64,000 nt of DNA from an uncultured Gemmatimonadales bacterium (GTDB lineage: Bacteria > Gemmatimonadota > Gemmatimonadetes > Gemmatimonadales > GWC2-71-9): NCBI GenBank assembly GCA_963779755.1, contig CAVZZO010000001.1, forward strand, positions 928,001 to 992,000, written 5' to 3'. Positions 1-8,672 of the stretch are shown here, one piece after another (position 1 is the stretch's first letter; each line of letters opens with the position of its first letter). Made by a program: the position numbers and the translations under genes. The notes below the pieces were generated by a model. The model made no database searches. It was given only the letters and a program-made list of their open reading frames with translations, and was not told the origin of the DNA.

Positions 1-1
1 T

Positions 2-460
2 CTACTTGCGCCCGCGGGGCCGCCTCGTGCTTCGGCGGGCAGCCTTCTTTGCCGGACGCCGCGCCGTCTTCTTCCTGGCGGCCTTCTTCGCCGGTTTCCG
101 GCGGGCTGCTTTACGCGCCGGTTTCCTGGCGGCCTTCCTGGTTGCCTTCTTCCGGGCGGGCTTCCTCCGGGCGGCCTTCTTCGCCGTCTTCTTCCTGGCG
201 GCCTTCTTGGCGGCCTTCTTCCGGGCCGGCTTCTTACGCGCGGCCTTCCTGGCGGCCTTCTTCCGGGCGGCCGGCTTCTTCTTCGGCTTCCGGGGTGCCG
301 GCTTCTTCGCCGCGGGCGCTTCCGTCTTTGCGACGGGAGCAGGGGCCGGCGGCGGTGGGGGTGGTGGCGGCGGTGGGGGCTCGGGCTCCATGGACATGGG
401 GGAAGGATCCATCCAACCCGATCCGGACCAGCCTATTTCATCGGTCAAGAGCTCGGCCAT
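2..460 (-). CDS. Histone H1-like (Hc2/AlgP-like) Lys/Ala/Arg-rich protein with Pro-rich linker
   Basis: Repeated KKAARKK/RRKPARKK motifs after a poly-Pro tract; GGAG SD just upstream of ATG; stop at 2-4. Confidence 0.75.
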   Translation of the reverse strand: MAELLTDEIGWSGSGWMDPSPMSMEPEPPPPPPPPPPPAPAPVAKTEAPAAKKPAPRKPKKKPAARKKAARKAARKKPARKKAAKKAARKKTAKKAARRKPARKKATRKAARKPARKAARRKPAKKAARKKTARRPAKKAARRSTRRPRGRK

Positions 461-548
461 GGTAGCTCCTCCGGGAAGGCGCGCGGCTATCCCGCCGTGG
501 GTTTCAGGCGCGTGGGCACCTGCTGCTGCAATCGTGGATGCGATATAA

Positions 549-575
549 CTTGCACATCTTCAATAGTTGTGCAAG
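549..575. promoter_or_regulatory. Perfect inverted repeat CTTGCACA-N11-TGTGCAAG in a divergent intergenic region
   Basis: Seen directly in an AT-rich patch between divergent genes. Confidence 0.4.
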
Positions 576-710
576 ACATCTGCTCCGCGCCGGCCTGCCC
601 GCGCGAGGCGAAACGCGGCGTTGCGCCGTCGCCGCCATGGCCCCGGCGCGGGTGTTGTTCATAAGACATTGTCACTAAATAGCTTACACGACCGCCCCGG
701 AACCCGCTTC

Positions 711-3314
711 ATGACGCCCACAAATTCGCGGCTGCTTGCCGGTTTGCTCCTCGCCAGCCTCGCGCTCAGCGAAGCGGCGGCGCAGGAGCCGAAGAACCTG
801 ACGCCAACTCCCCTGGCCTGGCAGCATGGGCCGGCCGATCTGCGGGGGCCGGCCCGGCCCGATTCCTACCTGGGTATCGTGGGCCGCCGGGCCATCGCCA
901 TGGGCACCGAGCAGGGCGATCTGGAAGTGTGGACCTGGCCGCTCAAGCTGCTGCACGATTTCCGCCTGAGCTTCCAGACTCCCCTCTATGCCGAGCCCAT
1001 CCCGGGCCGGGACGTCGCCCGGCGGGTGGAGATCACGCCGGCCGGGGCCACGGTGATCTACAGTCATCCCGCCTTCACCGTCCGGGAACGGATCTTCGCG
1101 CCGGAAAGCGAACCCGCGGTAGTCATCGTGCTCGAGGTGGACGCGGTCCGCCCGATGGAGATTCTGGCCGAGTTCCAGTCCGATCTGCAGTTCGCCTGGC
1201 CGGCCTCGCTGGGAGGCCAGTACGTCTTCTGGGACGACAAGGAGAAGGCATTCGTGCTCTCCGAAAGCCGGCAGCAGGTGAACGGCTACGTCGGCAGCCC
1301 CTATACCACCTCCGCCACCAACCAGCCGGCGCACAACGTCCCCGAAGCTCCCAATCAGCTGCGGATTGCCGTAGGCGACCAGACGCCGGTCCCCATGCCG
1401 AAACAGGGTGAGCCGGCCGGCCGGCTCACCCTGGTGCACGCCGGCGGCATTCCCATCGTCATGGTCGGGGCCGCCGCGCCGCGCGACAGTGTCCGCGCGA
1501 TCTACCGCCGGGTGCTGGCACAGGTGCCGCAGCTGTACCAGGCCCGCGCGGCGCACGCCCGCGCGGTGCTCGACAGCACCCTGTGGACCGAAACGCCCGA
1601 TTCCACCTTTGACCTGGCGGTCCGCTGGGCCGCGCTCAATCTGGATGAAGCGCTGGTCTGCAATCCCGACCTGGGCTGCGGCCCGGTGGCCGGCTACGGG
1701 CCCAGCGGCAGCCGCGGCACCCGGCCCGGTTTCGCCTGGTTCTTCGGCGGCGATGCTTCGATCAACTCGTTGGGAATGACGGCGGCGGGACAGTTCGACC
1801 TGGCGCGGCGCGGCCTCGAGTTCTTCGCCAGATACCAGCGGGAGGACGGCAAGATCCCGCACGAGATTTCCCAGGGCGCCGGGCGCATCCGCTGGTTCGA
1901 GGACTATCCCTACGCCTTCTATCATGCCGATACCACGCCCTACTGGCTGCTCGCCTGGGGCGATTACTGGCTCGCCAGCGGCGATACCGCCACCATTCGC
2001 CGCCTCTGGCCGGCGCTCCGCCGCGCCTATGAGTGGTCGCGCGGGACGATAGACAGCAGCACCGCGCTCATGCTCAACTCGAAGGGCGGGCTCGGCGCGA
2101 TCGAGGTCGGCGACCTCGGCGTGGGGGTCGAATCGGATATCTATCTCTCGGGCGTCTGGGTACAGGCGCTGAACCGGATCGGCCGCATGGCCCGGGCCCT
2201 GAACGAAACCGGGCTCGCGGCCGAGGCCGACTCGCTGCACCGGCGCGCGCTCGCTTCGCTGCGCGACAGGTTCTGGCTGCCGAAAGAGCGGATGTACGCG
2301 TTCGCGCTGCTGCAGGGCGGCCAGATCCGGCCGGAGCTGACGGTCTGGCCGTCCATCGCCATGGCGTTCGGCCTGCTGGACGATGCCCGCGGCATGCCCG
2401 AGGCCGCTACGCTGGCCCGTGCCACCATTCAGACCGACTGGGGTGCCCGGGCTCTGGCCGGCCAGAGCAAGCTCTTCGATCCCCTGCATTACAACAACGG
2501 GACGGTCTGGCCCTTCGTGACCGGCTTCCAGTCGCTGGGGCAGTACCGCTATCGCAATCCGGTGGCCGGATTTGCGGCGCTCGACGATATCGTCCGCAGC
2601 GGCTTCACCTGGGGGCTGGGCCGCAACCCGGAGGTGTTCAGCGGCGCGCGTTACGAGCCCATGGACACCGCCGTGCCGCAGCAGTTCTTCGGCACCTCGT
2701 TCATTCTGACCTCGCTTGCCCGCGGCCTGCTGGGCTGGTGGCCCGACGTGCCGGGTGACTCGGTCACCCTGGCCCCTCAGCTCCCCGCCGCCTGGCCGGA
2801 CGCCACCTTCCATAACGTGCCGGCCGGAGAGAGCCGCTACACCATCCAGCTGCGCCAGGGTGAGACGGAACTGGAGGCGCTGATCCACGTCGATGGCGCA
2901 GGCCCGGGTACGCTGATCTTTGCACCCCACTTGCCCATCGGTGCACGGGTCGAGAGCGTGACCGTCAACCGGCATCCGGTCGCGTGCGAAACGCTCGTTA
3001 CCGAGCGGGACGTCCAGCCGGTCTGCCACCTCCAGTCAGCGCCGGATCTTGACGTAGTAGTAGCTCATACCCCTGGTTTCCAGGTGCTCCTGCCGGATGA
3101 GCCGGTGCGCCGGGGCGACGTCTCACACAACCTCCGGCTGCTGGACCAGCGGCTTGCCGGGGACACCCTGATTCTCGACCTGGAGGGGCCAGCCGGCACC
3201 CAGCGGTCCATCGAGGTGCGGCATGGTGGGAAGCGCACGATTCCGGTGCGTTTCGCCCCACCCGGCGACCCGGTCGACGGGTATTCCCGCGCGGAAGTGC
3301 GGGTAGCTCCCTGA
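711..3314 (+). CDS. Exported amylo-alpha-1,6-glucosidase / GH63-like (alpha/alpha)6 glycoside hydrolase
   Basis: Signal peptide from ATG 711; motifs PGFAWFFGGD, QREDGKIPHE, DTTPYWL, YNNGTVWPF. ORF-track start at 567 is probably too long. Confidence 0.75.
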   Translation: MTPTNSRLLAGLLLASLALSEAAAQEPKNLTPTPLAWQHGPADLRGPARPDSYLGIVGRRAIAMGTEQGDLEVWTWPLKLLHDFRLSFQTPLYAEPIPGRDVARRVEITPAGATVIYSHPAFTVRERIFAPESEPAVVIVLEVDAVRPMEILAEFQSDLQFAWPASLGGQYVFWDDKEKAFVLSESRQQVNGYVGSPYTTSATNQPAHNVPEAPNQLRIAVGDQTPVPMPKQGEPAGRLTLVHAGGIPIVMVGAAAPRDSVRAIYRRVLAQVPQLYQARAAHARAVLDSTLWTETPDSTFDLAVRWAALNLDEALVCNPDLGCGPVAGYGPSGSRGTRPGFAWFFGGDASINSLGMTAAGQFDLARRGLEFFARYQREDGKIPHEISQGAGRIRWFEDYPYAFYHADTTPYWLLAWGDYWLASGDTATIRRLWPALRRAYEWSRGTIDSSTALMLNSKGGLGAIEVGDLGVGVESDIYLSGVWVQALNRIGRMARALNETGLAAEADSLHRRALASLRDRFWLPKERMYAFALLQGGQIRPELTVWPSIAMAFGLLDDARGMPEAATLARATIQTDWGARALAGQSKLFDPLHYNNGTVWPFVTGFQSLGQYRYRNPVAGFAALDDIVRSGFTWGLGRNPEVFSGARYEPMDTAVPQQFFGTSFILTSLARGLLGWWPDVPGDSVTLAPQLPAAWPDATFHNVPAGESRYTIQLRQGETELEALIHVDGAGPGTLIFAPHLPIGARVESVTVNRHPVACETLVTERDVQPVCHLQSAPDLDVVVAHTPGFQVLLPDEPVRRGDVSHNLRLLDQRLAGDTLILDLEGPAGTQRSIEVRHGGKRTIPVRFAPPGDPVDGYSRAEVRVAP

Positions 3315-3371
3315 CTGGCTCGCTGATTGCTTCGCTGATGCGGGCTCGCATCCCTTGAGAAGGGTGTCCCG

Positions 3372-5576
3372 GTGCCATCCCTACGCCTGCTGCTGCTCCT
3401 GCTGATTGCTCCCGCCGCGCTGGCCGGGCAGAACGTCGCCGAGGTTCAGGTCACACCCGATGCGGTTAGCCTGAAGCCCGGCGCCAAGCAGGCCCTGTTC
3501 GCGGCCGCCTTCGACGCGAAAGGGAACCTGATTCCCACCGCCCGGTTCACCTACTCCTCCAGCGATACCGTGGTCGCGCGGGCCGATCCCGACGGGGCGG
3601 TAGTGGGGCTGGCGGCGGGGCGGGCTATCGTGCGGGTGCGCGCCGGGCAGAAATCTTTCAACGTCGCGGTGGTGGTAGTAGCGCCGGATGGCTCCGAGCC
3701 CGTCGCCCTGGCCGACAGCGCCACGGGCGCTCCTCCATCCGCTGCGGACAGCGGAGCCGCGCCGACCCTGCTCACCATCAACCCCGCGACCATCTATCTG
3801 CTGCCTTCGGAAAGCCGGGCGCTCGAGGTGCGCGCATTCCGCCCCGACGGCTCGCCCGCACCGCTGCGGCATGTGGTCTGGAAATCCCTCTCCCCGGAGG
3901 TGGCTGCGGTGGACGTGGGTGGTGTGGTCGTGGGGCTCAAGGCGGGGCAGGCCACGCTCCAGGTTTCTGCCGGCGCCCTTTCCGCCACGGCGCCGGTGGA
4001 GGTGCGCGCCGCCGAGTTCACGGCCAGGCCGTCCCGAATCGCCCTGGCCCCGCTGGCGCTGGATACGGTCTCGCTGGTGGTGCCGGAACAGGACAACCGT
4101 GAGCTGCACGCCGGGATCAGCTGGCAGGTGGCCGACACCGCCATCGCCCGGGTCGGGCCGACCGGCGTGGTCCAGGGACTGGCCCCCGGTCACACCGAGC
4201 TACTGGTCTCGGGCTACTTCCAGCAACGGCAGATCCCCGTCGCGGTGCACCGTCCCATCGCGCGGGTGGTGGTTACGCCGGCGCCGGGCAGCGGTCCCAT
4301 CCGGCTGCCGCTCCGCGGAACCAGCCAGGTGGCGGTGCGGGCGCTCGCCGCCGATTCCAGTGCCATTCCCGAAGTGGACTTCGACTGGGAGCTGGGCGAT
4401 ACCACGGTGGCTGGCTTCGATCCGGCCACCCGCACGCTGACCGCCCGGGCGACGGGTACCACCAGCCTGACCCTGCGCGCTCCCGGATTCGCGCCGCTCG
4501 TCTGGGTGGTCGAGGTCGTGCCCGGGGGCATCGCATTCGACCGCCCCCTGTTGACGCTGGCGCCGGGAAGCCGGGATTCCCTCGGCGTGCACTTTGTGAA
4601 TCGTGACGGGGCTCCCGCGGGCAGCGCCACCGGGCTGCTCTGGATCACGACCGACAGCAACGTGGTGGCGCTCGCCGGCAACGGGCGTATTGTCGCGCAC
4701 CGGCCCGGCAGGGTGACGCTGATGACGGAAACCCGCTGGGGCGCCGCCGATTCGGCGACGGTGTTCGTTATCGCCCCTCTGCTGGTGGCGTCCAACCGGA
4801 CCGGACGCTTCGCGCTCTATCAGGTGACGGAAGACAGCACCCTGCTGCGGCTGGCGGGCGACACCGCCGACATGGTCCAGCCGGCCCTCTCCCCCGACCG
4901 CAGCTGGCTGGCCTACAGCTCCAATCGCAGCGGAGATTTCGATCTCTATCTCGCGCGGCCCGACGGCAGCGGCGCAACCGCCCTCTCCCCCGCGGTGGGC
5001 CTGGACGGCGAGCCGGCCTGGATGCCCGACGGCAAGAGCCTGGTCTTTGCCTCCTCGCGGACCGGATCGCCGCAGATCTTCCGCATCAACGCCGACGGCA
5101 CCGGGCTGCGGCAGCTCACCTTCACCGGCGGGGGGAACCGGTCGCCGGCCGTCTCGCCCGATGGGGAGAGTATCGCCTTCCTCTCCGGTCGAGACGGCAA
5201 CACCGAGGTCTATCGCATGCGGGCCGATGGCACCGCCCAGGCGAACGTCACCGGCACGCCGCAGCGGGAGGCGGCGGTGCGCTACCTGCCCGACGGTGCG
5301 CTGGTCTTCGCCACCGAGGTCCGGCGCGGGCCGCGACCCTATCGGCTGCTGCGCGTGCCGCTAGACGGCACGCCGGCCGAGCCGCTCTTCACCAGCGACG
5401 ACCCGATCACCGATTTCGCCGTCGCACGCGACGGCCGGCAGCTGGCGGTGGTCACCGGCCATTCCCGCGGCATCCGGGTGGAGTACGCCCTGCATCTCGT
5501 CCCGGTGGGAGGCGCTGGAGCCCCCGTCCAGGTCCCGCTGAGGCCGGGAGAACAGATCGTAAGCCCGAACTATTAG
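3372..5576 (+). CDS. Exported protein with tandem Ig-like (Big_2) domains and a C-terminal TolB/PD40 beta-propeller
   Basis: Signal peptide; repeated WxSxxxxVAxVxxxGxVxGxxxG units; PD40 repeats (PALSPD, PAWMPDG, PAVSPDG). Confidence 0.8.
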   Translation: MPSLRLLLLLLIAPAALAGQNVAEVQVTPDAVSLKPGAKQALFAAAFDAKGNLIPTARFTYSSSDTVVARADPDGAVVGLAAGRAIVRVRAGQKSFNVAVVVVAPDGSEPVALADSATGAPPSAADSGAAPTLLTINPATIYLLPSESRALEVRAFRPDGSPAPLRHVVWKSLSPEVAAVDVGGVVVGLKAGQATLQVSAGALSATAPVEVRAAEFTARPSRIALAPLALDTVSLVVPEQDNRELHAGISWQVADTAIARVGPTGVVQGLAPGHTELLVSGYFQQRQIPVAVHRPIARVVVTPAPGSGPIRLPLRGTSQVAVRALAADSSAIPEVDFDWELGDTTVAGFDPATRTLTARATGTTSLTLRAPGFAPLVWVVEVVPGGIAFDRPLLTLAPGSRDSLGVHFVNRDGAPAGSATGLLWITTDSNVVALAGNGRIVAHRPGRVTLMTETRWGAADSATVFVIAPLLVASNRTGRFALYQVTEDSTLLRLAGDTADMVQPALSPDRSWLAYSSNRSGDFDLYLARPDGSGATALSPAVGLDGEPAWMPDGKSLVFASSRTGSPQIFRINADGTGLRQLTFTGGGNRSPAVSPDGESIAFLSGRDGNTEVYRMRADGTAQANVTGTPQREAAVRYLPDGALVFATEVRRGPRPYRLLRVPLDGTPAEPLFTSDDPITDFAVARDGRQLAVVTGHSRGIRVEYALHLVPVGGAGAPVQVPLRPGEQIVSPNY

Positions 5577-5685
5577 CGAGGGGGAATCGGGAACGACGGT
5601 ATTGACCGCCTTCTTCCGTCTTCGTCCCGTCCTTTTCCCGTCCTTTTCCCGTCTTGTCCAGGAGTCCGATGACCCGAGACAGCCG

Positions 5686-6726
5686 ATGAAGGCGCTCACC
5701 CTCACCGCGCTGGGAGGCCCCGGGCAGCTCGCCGTGCGGGATCTTCCTGCTCCGGCCGTTCGCGAGCCCACAGACGCGCTGATCCGGGTGCGCACCGCCG
5801 GGCTCAATCACCTGGACCTCTGGGTCATGGAGGGGCTCAAGGGGGTGCAGTACAACTTCCCGCTCATTGTCGCGGGCGATGCCGCCGGTGTAGTGGAGCA
5901 GGTCGGTCCCGGCGTGCAGGGGATCAAGCCGGGCGACCGCGTCATGGTGAACCCGGGGATCAGCTGCTACCGCTGCGACTACTGCCTCGCCGGGCAGCAC
6001 TCGCTCTGCCTCCGCTATGGACTGCTGGGTGAGCACCTGCCCGGCACCGCCGCCGAGCTGCTGGTGGTGCCGGTATGGAACGTGGCGCCGGCCCCGGCGA
6101 AGATGACCTGGGCCCAGGCGGGCTGCTTCTCGCTCGCGACCCTCACGGCCTGGCGCATGCTCATGACGCGGGCCCGGCTGCGGCCCGGCGAAACGGTGCT
6201 CATCTGGGGCATTGGCGGCGGCGTGGCGATTGCCGCGCTCCAGATCGCCAAGCTGGCGGGCGCGCGCGTCATCGTCACCAGCTCCTCCGACGGCAAACTG
6301 GAAGCAAGCCGCCTGCTCGGCGCCGACGAAACCCTGAACCACGCGCGCGATGATATTCCCGCCGAGGTTCGCAAGCTGACGCAGCGCCGCGGGGTGGAGG
6401 TGGTGGTAGATAACGTCGGCCAGGCGACCTGGGAGCGGTCGCTCCGATGCCTGGGTAAGGGCGGCCGTCTGGTGACCTGCGGGGCAACCTCGGGGCCGGT
6501 GGTGGAGACGGACGTCCGCCGGCTCTTCTGGTATCAGTGGGATATCCTGGGCAGCACCATGGGCAGCCATGAGGAGTACCGGGAAGTGGTCCAGCTGGCC
6601 TGGCAGGGGAAGCTCTGGCCGGTGGTGGATCGGGTGGTAGCGCTGGAAGAGGCGCCGGAGGCCTTTCGCCGGCTGGAGGCCGGCGCGCAGATGGGCAAAC
6701 TCGTCATCGAGGTGACACGTGAATGA
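5686..6726 (+). CDS. Zinc-binding alcohol dehydrogenase / quinone oxidoreductase (MDR family)
   Basis: LNHLDLW, structural Zn motif CYRCDYC..C, GIGGGVA nucleotide-binding motif; ATG 5686. Confidence 0.9.
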   Translation: MKALTLTALGGPGQLAVRDLPAPAVREPTDALIRVRTAGLNHLDLWVMEGLKGVQYNFPLIVAGDAAGVVEQVGPGVQGIKPGDRVMVNPGISCYRCDYCLAGQHSLCLRYGLLGEHLPGTAAELLVVPVWNVAPAPAKMTWAQAGCFSLATLTAWRMLMTRARLRPGETVLIWGIGGGVAIAALQIAKLAGARVIVTSSSDGKLEASRLLGADETLNHARDDIPAEVRKLTQRRGVEVVVDNVGQATWERSLRCLGKGGRLVTCGATSGPVVETDVRRLFWYQWDILGSTMGSHEEYREVVQLAWQGKLWPVVDRVVALEEAPEAFRRLEAGAQMGKLVIEVTRE

Positions 6727-7441
6727 GCTGATGGATCGGATCGCGGGCGGCGCCGAAGAGCTGGGCCGAATCGCCCCGGCCCTCATCGCCGCGGGACTCG
6801 TGCTGCTCGCCGGCTACCTGCTGGCGCGCCAGGGCGAGCGTTGGGTGGACCGCCTGCTCAAGCGGGTGGATTTCAACCGGGTTGCCGCCGAAGGCGGCCT
6901 GGCCGACGCGGTGGATCGCGCCCGCCCCCATCTCGACCCGGTGCACGCCATGGGCAAGCTGATGTTCTGGCTGATCATGCTGGTGGTGATCCTGCTTGCC
7001 AGCGCGGCGCTGGGCCTCGAGAGCATCAACGAGATGTTCGGCATGATGCTGGCGTTCATCCCCACGCTGATCGCGGCCATCGTCATCGTGATCCTGGGGC
7101 TCATCGTCGGCGAGTTCGTCCGCGGCATCATCCTGGCATCCGCCGGCCGCCTCGAAGGCGTGCCGCTGGTAGCCAAGCTGGCCAAGGTGGCGGTCATCCT
7201 GATCTCCATTTTCATGGCCCTGCAGCAGGTCGGCGTCGCGGCCGATATCGTCACCGCCGCTTTCACTCTGATTGTGGGTGCGGTCGCCCTCGCCGCCGGC
7301 CTGGCCTTCGGTCTGGGCAACCGCGAGCTGGCGGGGGAGATCACCCGCCGCTGGTATGAACAGGGCCGGAGCCGGTACCGGAGGAAGACGGACGCGACCG
7401 CGCCGCAGTCGGAAGAAGAATCGGCGGGCATGGCGGGGTAG
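6719..7441 (+). CDS. Membrane protein with TM-helix repeats (CmpX / MscS-associated type)
   Basis: Multiple TM helices, FIPTLIAA and LAFGLG motifs; overlaps the upstream stop. Confidence 0.75.
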   Translation: MNELMDRIAGGAEELGRIAPALIAAGLVLLAGYLLARQGERWVDRLLKRVDFNRVAAEGGLADAVDRARPHLDPVHAMGKLMFWLIMLVVILLASAALGLESINEMFGMMLAFIPTLIAAIVIVILGLIVGEFVRGIILASAGRLEGVPLVAKLAKVAVILISIFMALQQVGVAADIVTAAFTLIVGAVALAAGLAFGLGNRELAGEITRRWYEQGRSRYRRKTDATAPQSEEESAGMAG

Positions 7442-7541
7442 AGACGGCGGGAAATGGGGAAGAGGGAAGCGGGAAGGGTCTTGAGCTTCCGTTTCCCGGT
7501 TCCCCTTTCCCATTTCCCGCTGTTCGCGCCACATTCCCAGT

Positions 7542-8615
7542 ATGCGCCCCTTCCTCCCCCTCTGCCTCCTGGCGGCCGCCGCCTGCGGCCCGGAAACGCC
7601 CCAGGCGGTCCAGGTCACCTTGGCCGCCCCGTCCGATACCCTCCACGTTCCCTGGGTGAGCCCCAGCCGCGGCATCTCGCTGGCCGGCGGTCGCTGGGCC
7701 GTGCTCTCTCCCGATGATCAGATCGTGGGAATCGTGGAGTTCGGCGGGGCCTCGCCCGCCATTCTCGGCGGCCAGACCCACCCGGCCTACCGTCGGCCTT
7801 ACGCGCTGTTCCGCGCCGGCGACTCCCTCTATCTGGCCGACTGGGACAAGCGGCGGCTGACCCTCTGGACCCTGGACGGGAAGCTGGCCGACTCGGTCGC
7901 TGCGCCCGACATCCTGCGTGGCACCCTGCCGGAGGCCCGCGATTCCGCCCGGCGCTACTACGCCGGCATGCGCACGCCCTCGGCTTCGATCGCCTCCGGC
8001 CATCCCGATTCCGCCGCCGTAGTGCGCACGCCGCCGGATTTTTCCGCCGTGGATACCGTTGCCCGCCTGGCGCCGCCCGAGGTGGCCGAAGGGCCGGGCG
8101 AGTCGGGGCGGCGCTATCAGCCCCGGGCGCTCTCGGGCAAGGATCTCTGGGGGGTACTGCCCGACGGCTCGCTGTGGATCGCCCGGGTGAGTCCCGACCG
8201 GGTCGACTGGCGCGGCCCGGCGGGCAAGAAGATCGAAGGCGACCTGCTCCCCGATCGGGCGCTCTCCGTACTGCCCGAAGACCGCCAGGCCTTCGTGCAG
8301 CAGTTTCCCGAGGATCTGCGTCGCTCGGCGCAGCAGGTGCCGTTCGCCCTGGTGAAGCCGCCCTTCACCGACGCCATCGGCGGGCCGGATGGCAATGTCT
8401 GGCTGGTGAAGAGCTACTCCCTGGCCGACTCCACCCGGTCGGCCCAGGTGGTGAACCGCCAGGGACAGCTGGTGCGGGTGCTGACCTGGAGCGGTACGGG
8501 AACGCTGATCGGCGTGGGGCAGGACGGGCTGCTGGTGGCGCAGCGCGATTCGAGCGGATATCTGCTGCTCGGGTACCATCTGGACGCACAGGGGGCGAGC
8601 CGGCCGGGAGGTTGA
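7542..8615 (+). CDS. Putative lipoprotein, divergent beta-propeller
   Basis: Lipobox-like LLAAAAC; KPPF..PDGNVWL motif shared with the propeller family in this window. Confidence 0.65.
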   Translation: MRPFLPLCLLAAAACGPETPQAVQVTLAAPSDTLHVPWVSPSRGISLAGGRWAVLSPDDQIVGIVEFGGASPAILGGQTHPAYRRPYALFRAGDSLYLADWDKRRLTLWTLDGKLADSVAAPDILRGTLPEARDSARRYYAGMRTPSASIASGHPDSAAVVRTPPDFSAVDTVARLAPPEVAEGPGESGRRYQPRALSGKDLWGVLPDGSLWIARVSPDRVDWRGPAGKKIEGDLLPDRALSVLPEDRQAFVQQFPEDLRRSAQQVPFALVKPPFTDAIGGPDGNVWLVKSYSLADSTRSAQVVNRQGQLVRVLTWSGTGTLIGVGQDGLLVAQRDSSGYLLLGYHLDAQGASRPGG

Positions 8616-8672
8616 CCGGCATCTGTTACTGGGCACCCCTGGCTTGCCGTCTTGCCGTCTTGCCGTCTTGTC

